A stretch of 44,220 nt of DNA, taken from the IMG/VR virus record IMGVR_UViG_3300024283_000007, positions 1 through 44,220 of that record. The stretch is one strand, 5' to 3'. Numbering within the stretch: position 1 is the first letter of the stretch; each line of letters opens with the position of its first letter. The position numbers were made by a program, and so were the translations under genes. This DNA comes from a virus (taxonomy: Duplodnaviria > Caudoviricetes). Of this stretch, positions 18,943 to 26,022 are shown piece by piece. The notes under the pieces are model-generated. The model had not been told where the DNA came from and did no database searches. It saw nothing but the letters and a program-made list of their open reading frames with translations.

Positions 18943-18971
18943 AATATGCTCCCATGCTGGGAGCGTTGCAA
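18943..18971 (-). promoter_or_regulatory. Repeated promoter, copy C
   Basis: TTGCAA-17nt-CATATT; shares TGGGAGCATATTGAGAA with copies A/B. Confidence 0.75.
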
Positions 18972-19043
18972 CGGGGAGCAAGTGTGATTGTCGTGCTACA
19001 CGGCGCATCCATTACAGCGCGCTGAGAACGCATCCAGCGCGCT

Positions 19044-19274
19044 TCACTTCCCAGCCAGCAGCAAGTCGAGTGCATCTGGCTGGCGCGCTGCAGCCACGCA
19101 CCCAGCGCGCTCCAGCGCAGCTACGAACGCAGCCCCATGCACTGCAGTGGTGCGCTCTGACAGCGTGAAGACTGGGACGCCATGCTCACGTGCGAAGCGC
19201 AGCACACGCGGCCACGCCATGCCGGTGCACTCCATGCAGTTCTTGCGTGTGATAGTCAGCGGGGTGTGAGTCAT
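19044..19274 (-). CDS. Small hypothetical protein, possible excisionase-like DNA-binding protein
   Basis: 76 aa; last gene of recombination operon; helix-helix-beta pattern only. Confidence 0.4.
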   Translation of the reverse strand: MTHTPLTITRKNCMECTGMAWPRVLRFAREHGVPVFTLSERTTAVHGAAFVAALERAGCVAAARQPDALDLLLAGK

Positions 19275-20458
19275 GGCGCCAGCTCCACAGCTTCCAGTGT
19301 GTTGCGTATGCGTTCGACTAACGTAGTCTCACGCCGCGCAGCGTCTGACTTGAGAGCGCGCGCGAGCCCGACGTCGTCACCGACCAGCGTGACCTTGACG
19401 CTCGCTCGAGTCACCGCCGTGTAGAGCAGACTTCGAGACAGCATGTGCGAGTGGGTCGAGTGACACACCACGATCACGTGCGGGAACTCGGAGCCCTGAG
19501 TCTTGTGGACAGTCAGTGCATAAGCCGGCGCGAGCTGCGCGGCTTCGGAGCGTGCGTACGTCACGAGCCGGCCGAGCTCGACGAACCACACTTCGACTGG
19601 ACCGCCGTCCCCGTCGATCGAGCGGACCACTCCGATCTCGCCGTTCATCACGTCGAGGCCATAGTTGTTCTGCGTCTGGATGACGCGCATCCCGAGTCGC
19701 ACCAGCTTGCCGACGCGGGGCTCACCAGTCTTCGGCACGCGCGAAGCTTCGTTGAGCAGCAAGTCGAGCCCGGCGTTCAGGGAGTCACACCCAGCAGCCC
19801 CGGCGTACTGCGGCGCGAGTACAGTTGCAGTCAGATCACGCGCGACTGCAGCGAACACAGCGTCAGCGATCTGCTTCGCGTCGGGCACTTCGATGCGCTC
19901 GAACGTCGGCTCATTCGTGAGCGCTGGCATCTCGCCCAGCATGATGAGGGGAGCGTTACGCATCACCCAGCTGCCCGAGCCCGCGCGGTGCTGGCGCCTG
20001 AGCCGCGCCACCGGGACGCCGCCCAGGTCGACCAGGTCACCGAACATGCGGCCTGGCCCGACCGGTGGGAGCTGGTCGGCGTCACCGATGAGCATGATGC
20101 GTGACTGACATGCGCCGGCGAACAGCGAGCACGCCAGCGGGTAGTCGATCATCGAAGCTTCGTCGACGAAGACCACCGACTCCGGGAGCGGGTGGTCTTC
20201 GTTGTGGATAAAGCCCTCACGGGTCCAACCGAGCAGCCGGTGGATCGTGCAAGCCTCACGTTCGGTGAGCTGCGCCATGCGTCGCGCTGCCTTCCCGGTG
20301 GGAGCACACAGGCGGTAGGACTCACCGTCCTCATCGGCCTGTTGGATCGCAGCCTTGAGCGTGTGCGTCTTACCCGAGCCCGGCGGCCCGGTCATGATGC
20401 CGAACCGGGTGCGACGCATCATCTCCACTGCTTCACGCTGTGAGTCATCTAGCTCCAT
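19271..20458 (-). CDS. RecD2-like SF1B helicase, motor half only
   Basis: Q motif 'LDDSQREAV', Walker A GPPGSGKT, 'APTGKAA', 'TIHRLL', 'DEASM', 'GDADQLPPVGPG', 'AYALTVHKTQGSEF', 'LLYTAVTRA'. Confidence 0.92.
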   Translation of the reverse strand: MELDDSQREAVEMMRRTRFGIMTGPPGSGKTHTLKAAIQQADEDGESYRLCAPTGKAARRMAQLTEREACTIHRLLGWTREGFIHNEDHPLPESVVFVDEASMIDYPLACSLFAGACQSRIMLIGDADQLPPVGPGRMFGDLVDLGGVPVARLRRQHRAGSGSWVMRNAPLIMLGEMPALTNEPTFERIEVPDAKQIADAVFAAVARDLTATVLAPQYAGAAGCDSLNAGLDLLLNEASRVPKTGEPRVGKLVRLGMRVIQTQNNYGLDVMNGEIGVVRSIDGDGGPVEVWFVELGRLVTYARSEAAQLAPAYALTVHKTQGSEFPHVIVVCHSTHSHMLSRSLLYTAVTRASVKVTLVGDDVGLARALKSDAARRETTLVERIRNTLEAVELAP

Positions 20459-20672
20459 CGTCCAACCTGCTCCCCTCTCCGACTGTGATAGTCAGCTGAC
20501 GCGCGACGTCGGCAGTGATGACAGCTGCGCGGATGAGGCTAACCAGCACCCGCACACCATCACCATCACCAGCGCAGCCCTCGATCAATGCAGCTGCAGT
20601 GCGCAGTCTGCTAGCGCATGCGTTTACTGAGAGGCTTCGTGCGACTGCTGCCATGTCGAACACGTCGGGCAT
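20445..20672 (-). CDS. Small hypothetical protein
   Basis: RBS GGAGG before ATG 20672. Confidence 0.55.
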   Translation of the reverse strand: MPDVFDMAAVARSLSVNACASRLRTAAALIEGCAGDGDGVRVLVSLIRAAVITADVARQLTITVGEGSRLDDGAR

Positions 20673-21094
20673 CGCGGCACCTCCGGTGGAAGAACACAAG
20701 CACACTTATGACAGAGCGGGATGTCACGCCTGAACAGGTATCGATACTCAACACGCTGGCCGACAGGGCGTCTGGAGATGCTGTCTTGCATGCCACCGGT
20801 GATGCCGAAGTCGCAGTACACCGCACGCTTGTGAGCAGCTTGCCCCCATGCGTCCGCGCACTCGAACCCGGTGGAGCGCTCCCCGCCGACGTGGTCTCGG
20901 AGCACTGTCGTGTATTGGATATGCGAAGCGTATGGAGCTTCACCGCGCGTGATCGAGTCGAGCACGCAGCGCTGGGCATACTCACGATTCGACGCTTGTC
21001 GCCACCAGCGCAGCAGCGGCACCAGCAGCCCTGGCATGCTGGGCGGGGGCAAGTATCTGTACGGTGATTCGATGACTACCAGCGGGCGCATCAT
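20624..21094 (-). CDS. DUF7768/DUF4406-like (nucleoside deoxyribosyltransferase-like fold) protein
   Basis: 'VVIESPY', 'RGEAPYASH..Y..VL.D....ER..G', 'VY.D.GITGGM'. Confidence 0.65.
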   Translation of the reverse strand: MMRPLVVIESPYRYLPPPSMPGLLVPLLRWWRQASNREYAQRCVLDSITRGEAPYASHIQYTTVLRDHVGGERSTGFECADAWGQAAHKRAVYCDFGITGGMQDSISRRPVGQRVEYRYLFRRDIPLCHKCACVLPPEVPRCPTCSTWQQSHEASQ

Positions 21095-21336
21095 GTGCCC
21101 CCCGGCGTGAATGCTGGGAAGCACTGAGGCAGTGACGGCAAGTCCGCGCCGAGCTGGATGAGGAAAGCTTCACGCCCTGCCGGCGCATACGCAGCAGCAT
21201 AGTTGATTAGCACCATGCTGACTGCGAGCACGTCTGACGCATGCATCGTTGGGTCGGGCGCCCGATCCACCAGGATGTTCAACGCTGACAGTGATGCGTC
21301 CTTGATTGCTTCCGATCTCTTCTCTTCGTCCGTCAT
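21091..21336 (-). CDS. Small hypothetical protein
   Basis: ATGA coupling at both ends; RBS GGAGG. Confidence 0.6.
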   Translation of the reverse strand: MTDEEKRSEAIKDASLSALNILVDRAPDPTMHASDVLAVSMVLINYAAAYAPAGREAFLIQLGADLPSLPQCFPAFTPGGT

Positions 21337-22241
21337 GATGCAAGCCTCCCTGTGACTAGTTCTGCGACCCGTGCTTCGATGCGGTCCACGACGCGCAGAT
21401 ACACCCGCGCGCCGCGCTTCACGATCACGCCCTCACGCAGCGCCAGCACGATCCCGCTGAGCACTGCTTCTCGGATGACTTCAGGCCCGAGCAGCTCCCG
21501 CACCGCGCGCGAGAAGTAGCCGGGCTGCATGTAGATATGTCCGGCGCCGAAGTGTTCATGCATGGTGTGCTTGATGGCAGCGCGGATGCGCGTCGGCGCG
21601 TCGGGCGGCACACCGGACGCTCGCGCGACATCATCGGCACGCTTCCAGCCGAAGCCGTCAACGTGATCGAACAACTGGTAGGGGTCCGCTTGGATCGCGC
21701 GCACTGCTTCGGCTGCTGACTCCCAGTGCTTCAGGCAGCGTCCGATCTGACTCTCCGTCAGCCCCCAGCCCCGCAGTGTTATCTGTGGCTCGCGGTCGTC
21801 ACGCGCTGCTAGGTAGGCGTCTCGGATGTCCCGAGCTCGAGCGCTGGTGATGCCTGGCACTTCGGTCAGGCGCTCAGGCGCGTCGACCACTGTGCTCCAC
21901 AGCATGTCGACGTCACCACGGAAGTGCTCCAGCAGTGCGGCCGCGCGCCCGCGCCCGACGTTCGGGAACGTGGCTGCGATCCATGCGATGACGCCTTCCT
22001 CAGTGCGCGGGGCTGACACCTGCGCGCGCTGCACGATGAACTGCGCGCCGAATCGTGGGTGCTCTTCATGCCGGCCTGACACTTCGAGCGCATAGCCCTC
22101 GCGAGCGCCAGCGATGACGCCGACGATCGCGAGGACTAGACCAGAGTCATCGACGCGCATGCGGCCGCGCCCCCATGACTTCGTGCCGAACTCACGCCAC
22201 TCGATGAGCGAGCCGCGGAGCTGGAGCACTGCGCTCGACAT
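21333..22241 (-). CDS. RecD2 N-terminal half (OB + HhH domains)
   Basis: 'HPRFGAQF', HhH 'PNVGRGRA' and 'LTEVPGI', 'DPYQL...VDGFGWKRAD', 'RIRAAI......GH'. Confidence 0.85.
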   Translation of the reverse strand: MSSAVLQLRGSLIEWREFGTKSWGRGRMRVDDSGLVLAIVGVIAGAREGYALEVSGRHEEHPRFGAQFIVQRAQVSAPRTEEGVIAWIAATFPNVGRGRAAALLEHFRGDVDMLWSTVVDAPERLTEVPGITSARARDIRDAYLAARDDREPQITLRGWGLTESQIGRCLKHWESAAEAVRAIQADPYQLFDHVDGFGWKRADDVARASGVPPDAPTRIRAAIKHTMHEHFGAGHIYMQPGYFSRAVRELLGPEVIREAVLSGIVLALREGVIVKRGARVYLRVVDRIEARVAELVTGRLAS

Positions 22242-23044
22242 CAGAACTCGCCCGGCGTGAACGAAGTGTCACCCGAGTCAGCGCGCGCAGAGTCATCATC
22301 GTCGACCGACCGGTCGGTGACCGCAGCTTCGAGCACGGGCTGCATGGCGATGATGGTCTCGCGAGCCATCGCAGCCTCTTCGGGTGTGGAGCGATCACCG
22401 AACGTCAGCACCGGCACGGCATAGTTGCCGTTCTCTGACAGCTCCAGCGTGATGAGGCAGTGATGCGCGTAGAGCGGTAGGTTGTAGCTCTTGAGCGATC
22501 CCTTCGGGCGCAGCCGCCCGTCGTGGTGCCGAGCCATGTACTGGGTGAGTGTCTTCGTCGAAGTCTTCTGGAAGCGCAGCAAGAACGGCTCGTGACGCTC
22601 TGCATCCACGCACAGCACTGTGCGGACGTCGGTGCAGTTGACTGTTAGTTTGCCTTCTTCGTCCTTGTACCACCGGGTGTCTGGGCACGTGTCTCCGCAC
22701 TTGCGTGACTTGCCGGTGGCTTCGAGCACTCCAGTGATCGCGTCCTTCGACGTGCAGTAGAACTCGTTACGCTTCGCAGCGTTCGACCACTTGAACCATG
22801 CACGGCTGCGGACAGCCAGCACCATGATGCAACGCAGCTCAGGCTGTACGGTGTCGTAGACCGAATCCCAGAACACGTCGGGCGTGATGCGTACGCCGGA
22901 CGCAGTCACACCCTTGCGATTGTAGAGCTTGCGCGGGAGCGTCGGGCCGTCGGTTGAATGCGCGTAGCCGTCGTAGGCTTCGGCGTCTGGGATGATGTCA
23001 GAGTAGTCATGTGGCTGCACGATGCTCGTTGATTCGGTAGTCAT
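22241..23044 (-). CDS. Putative single-stranded DNA-binding protein
   Basis: Cys cluster; acidic tail 'DDDSARADSGDTSFTPGEF' ending in Phe; between exonuclease and helicase. Confidence 0.55.
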   Translation of the reverse strand: MTTESTSIVQPHDYSDIIPDAEAYDGYAHSTDGPTLPRKLYNRKGVTASGVRITPDVFWDSVYDTVQPELRCIMVLAVRSRAWFKWSNAAKRNEFYCTSKDAITGVLEATGKSRKCGDTCPDTRWYKDEEGKLTVNCTDVRTVLCVDAERHEPFLLRFQKTSTKTLTQYMARHHDGRLRPKGSLKSYNLPLYAHHCLITLELSENGNYAVPVLTFGDRSTPEEAAMARETIIAMQPVLEAAVTDRSVDDDDSARADSGDTSFTPGEF

Positions 23045-24078
23045 TCGCCTAACACGTCCTTTCCGTAAAGCTCCCACAGCTCGGTCTGAGCAGCGGGTGT
23101 CATGTCCGCGTAACCATCATTGAGGCACGGCGTCTGGTGCCGGCATCGGGTGCACTGCTCACCCGGCATGTCGAAGAGCTTGCCCATACGCACAGCGCCG
23201 ACGACTTGCTTCAAGCGCCACGCGAAGCGTGTGAGGTCACCCTCACGCAGCGGGACGGAGATCCAGGCGCCGCCGCGCATCTCGGTCGGCTTGTACGTGT
23301 GCTGTCGCGCGCTCGGGTATCCGTAGTGCAGCAAGTCTTCGGGCCGGTGCACACGCTTCGAGCCAGTCTTACGATAGGGCACGTAGTCAGCTAGATGCAC
23401 GTGATGCACGGCGCTCGGGAACGTGCCGTAGGTCGGTGTCACACCGAACTGTTCGGCGTGTTCGATGAGAGCGCGCTCCAGCTCGTCACGCGTGCGGCCC
23501 GAGCGCTCCATGAAGAAGCCGTGACGGAGCGCGGCGGAGTAGACGCCTGCCTCCCAGCCATGCGCCAGCTCCAGCAGGTGCGGCTTCGACGCGCCCGTCT
23601 TCCAGTCTGCGAGTGCGATAGTCAGCGGTGCTGTAAGGGGTTCGTATACAAGGTCCACATGACCGCATAACCAATAGGGACCAAACGGCGCGATGAACCC
23701 GGACTCACAGGCGATCACGCGGCCGACGTGTCGCGACAGACCATGCGCGAGCAGCCCCCGCACCATCTCCGCGCGCTCGCGCAGCATGTCTCGATCCACT
23801 GCAGCTGCAGCATCACCGAGCCAGTGGCGCAGCTCGAACTCTAACTGCGTGGTCGTATTCTCCTCACAGCGAATACCTGTTGTTAGATGCGCGGCGATGA
23901 CTTCGTGCGTCGCCGTGCCCAGGCCCAGTTTATCGGGGGTGACTGCTTCAGCGTCCCGAGGGTTCAACCGGTCGAGTACGAAGCGTCTCGGGCACGCGTA
24001 AGGTCCCGCGATCGTTAGGAGATGTGACTTGTGTACTGGGTCCCGAAGCTGGCCGTATGCGCGGTGAGACCAATGCAT
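23041..24078 (-). CDS. PD-(D/E)XK exonuclease (RecB/AddB/Cas4-like)
   Basis: 'ACPRRF', 'GTATHEVI', 'GHVDLV', 'DWKTG', C-terminal 'CTRCRHQTPC' (1+3 Cys staple). Confidence 0.85.
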   Translation of the reverse strand: MHWSHRAYGQLRDPVHKSHLLTIAGPYACPRRFVLDRLNPRDAEAVTPDKLGLGTATHEVIAAHLTTGIRCEENTTTQLEFELRHWLGDAAAAVDRDMLRERAEMVRGLLAHGLSRHVGRVIACESGFIAPFGPYWLCGHVDLVYEPLTAPLTIALADWKTGASKPHLLELAHGWEAGVYSAALRHGFFMERSGRTRDELERALIEHAEQFGVTPTYGTFPSAVHHVHLADYVPYRKTGSKRVHRPEDLLHYGYPSARQHTYKPTEMRGGAWISVPLREGDLTRFAWRLKQVVGAVRMGKLFDMPGEQCTRCRHQTPCLNDGYADMTPAAQTELWELYGKDVLGE

Positions 24079-24084
24079 GTGACT

Positions 24085-24114
24085 GCTATAGCAATGTCAC
24101 ACACACGACCGCAA
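24085..24114 (-). promoter_or_regulatory. Promoter of recombination operon (leaderless)
   Basis: TTGCGG-18nt-TATAGC with extended TG; ATG 6 nt downstream. Confidence 0.55.
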
Positions 24115-24205
24115 GCATGATCCTCACGCTCCAGAAAAAGCACTTGCGATCGCGAGACAGCAATGCGATCACGCTGTGACACTCGTGTTAGGGGAGGTTC
24201 ACCGC

Positions 24206-24553
24206 GTGACAACGCCGACCGCTATCACCATGTCACCCGACGCTGTGGCAGTAGACTCGAACTACTACCTATGCCCGTCTGGGGCTACGCCTAGCGCGCA
24301 CAACGAGCTGCCCGTCATCTATTACAATGCCGAGCAGCCGTATGATGCGCAACTGGAGCAGATAGCCGAAAGGCACCGGCTGATATTAGCTATTCGTCGC
24401 GCGCTTTCGCGCGCGCGGATGTTGCCTGACTGGTCTGAGTGGTCCGAGCTGATGTCGCCGGTCTCTTTTTCTTCTGAGGTTTTCCGGCGCTACTTTGCTG
24501 TGCTTCGGAACCAGTCTCTGCATTCTGACTATTCGTACCGGGCACGGCTGTAG
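24206..24553 (+). CDS. Hypothetical protein convergently overlapping the repressor gene
   Basis: Strong RBS AGGGGAGG before GTG 24206. Confidence 0.4.
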   Translation: MTTPTAITMSPDAVAVDSNYYLCPSGATPSAHNELPVIYYNAEQPYDAQLEQIAERHRLILAIRRALSRARMLPDWSEWSELMSPVSFSSEVFRRYFAVLRNQSLHSDYSYRARL

Positions 24554-25106
24554 TCGTCGTCACCGGAGCGCGCGGTTGCGCCAGTACTGCAGACACCGCC
24601 GCGCGCTTGTTCACTGCTTCGGCGAACGCGACTTGAGCTGCATGGTGAGCCGTCGCTCCGTTGCTCAGCTCTGCGTCGAACGCTTGCGCGTAACGCTGAA
24701 CATAGTCGAACGTGAAGTGTTGATACTTGCCCGCTGTGGATTGTGTGTGCTCTGCGAACGCTGCCCGTGCTGAGGGTGTTGCGCGCACCGAGTCGAGCGC
24801 ATGCATAATCATGGCGTCTTCGGGTGGCTTCTTCGTGGGCCGTGGTCTGCCAGATGAACCGAACACCAGGTCATCGAGCGGCGTGTCGAGCTGCTGTGAG
24901 ATGTTGCGTAGGTGTTCGAGTCTGGGCTCGTGATCGCCGAAGTCCCAGTGAACGACCATGCTGTAGACAACGTTGATGGACGCTGCGAACTGCGCCCGAG
25001 AGTAGCCCTTCTGCAAGTACAGCCCCCAGATGCGCCGGCCGAGGGTCGGCTCATCCAAGGGCCGCAGCGTGTCAGGCGGCGGCGGTGTCTCTCTGCGTTT
25101 AGGCAT
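24390..25106 (-). CDS. XRE-family HTH repressor (CI-like)
   Basis: 'LGRRI...GYSRAQFAASINVVYSMVVHWD.G.HEP..EHLRNISQQL..PLDDLVFG'; divergent from Cro-like gene. Confidence 0.8.
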   Translation of the reverse strand: MPKRRETPPPPDTLRPLDEPTLGRRIWGLYLQKGYSRAQFAASINVVYSMVVHWDFGDHEPRLEHLRNISQQLDTPLDDLVFGSSGRPRPTKKPPEDAMIMHALDSVRATPSARAAFAEHTQSTAGKYQHFTFDYVQRYAQAFDAELSNGATAHHAAQVAFAEAVNKRAAVSAVLAQPRAPVTTTTAVPGTNSQNAETGSEAQQSSAGKPQKKKRPATSARTTQTSQATSARAKARDE

Positions 25107-25188
25107 GCGCGCGCATGCTTGCAGCAAGCTTGCAGCGCTGTCAACTAATGCTTGACGAGCGAGTGCAACAGGATGATACGTGTTCGTT
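25107..25188. promoter_or_regulatory. Divergent lysis/lysogeny switch region
   Basis: Back-to-back -35 boxes TTGACA (minus) and TTGACG (plus); GCTTG-CAG-CAAGC palindrome. Confidence 0.6.
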
Positions 25189-25629
25189 ATGGAACTCAGA
25201 GAGTGGATCATTCAACAAAACGGCACAGTGTTAGGCTTCGCAAGGGAGTGGGATATCACGTATCAGACCCTGAAAAAGATTGTCGAGAAGCGTTCTGAGC
25301 CCCGCTGCGGGCTCGCCAAGTACATCAGCCAGCGCACGGGCGGCGGCGTCAGTCTCATGGAGCTGCGCGGCTGGGAAGCACAGCCCGTGATACCTACCGT
25401 GCAAACAACGCAGGCGCCTAATATCGCGCAGCCTGCACGTCAAGTGTATGCGCCCCCACAGCCAGTGGTGCAGGCTGCCCCGTTGACGGCGCCACCAGCA
25501 CGGCGCGGTCGGCGCGCTGGAGCTGCAGCAGGCGCTACTCCCGTCACGCTGCCACCCGTTCCCATGCAGGCGCCATCAGCACCGGCCCCGCAGCGCAGGC
25601 AGCGCCGCACAGCCCAGGCGGGGGCGTAG
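25189..25629 (+). CDS. Cro-like HTH protein with Pro/Ala/Gln-rich tail
   Basis: 'MELREWI...FAREWDITYQTL......P...LA..I...TGG.VS..EL'. Confidence 0.7.
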   Translation: MELREWIIQQNGTVLGFAREWDITYQTLKKIVEKRSEPRCGLAKYISQRTGGGVSLMELRGWEAQPVIPTVQTTQAPNIAQPARQVYAPPQPVVQAAPLTAPPARRGRRAGAAAGATPVTLPPVPMQAPSAPAPQRRQRRTAQAGA

Positions 25630-26022
25630 ATGGCGCGCCGCACGAACGGCGTGGCAGCAGTCCGAATCGAGCGCGAACAGCGAGAGCTGCAGTGCGACCT
25701 CACAGAGTCCGAAGTCCGGCAGCGCGGTGAGTCACTCGCGACCGCGCGGCTGGAGATCGAGCAGCTCAAGCAGACCCGCAAAGGCATCAACGGTCAGATC
25801 GCTGACCTGGATGACCAGATTCTCAAGCTCGCGAACGTCGTCGACCAGAAGCATGAGACACGCATGGTGCAGTGCACTTGGTCTCCTGACTACGCGTCCG
25901 GGATGACTGTCTGCACCCGCGATGACACCGGCGTCGCCATCGAGCAGCGCGCGCTGACAGCAGCCGACAAGCAGGGCTCGCTCCAGATGCACGAATACGC
26001 ACCGCAGGACGCGAATGCGTGA
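25630..26022 (+). CDS. Coiled-coil hypothetical protein
   Basis: Coupled to both neighbours. Confidence 0.6.
   Translation: MARRTNGVAAVRIEREQRELQCDLTESEVRQRGESLATARLEIEQLKQTRKGINGQIADLDDQILKLANVVDQKHETRMVQCTWSPDYASGMTVCTRDDTGVAIEQRALTAADKQGSLQMHEYAPQDANA

Noticed and set aside
17361-18971. CRISPR or mini-array
   Set aside because: Repeats are separated by whole genes (0.35-1.2 kb) and have promoter architecture
14260-19045. Integron (integrase plus hairpin-bounded cassettes)
   Set aside because: Hairpins lack RYYYAAC/GTTRRRY attC ends, cassettes carry their own promoters and converge on int, and no IntI-specific insertion was recognised
15566-19392. Cas9 NGG PAM avoidance as the cause of the trinucleotide purge
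   Set aside because: TGG and GGG remain abundant, so NGG is not avoided
20459-21332. Intein, intron or IS interrupting recD2
   Set aside because: No splice-junction residues, homing endonuclease, RT or transposase motifs; both halves have their own start and stop
23041-24078. cas4 of a CRISPR system
   Set aside because: No other cas genes or array; context with SSB and helicase indicates a recombination exonuclease
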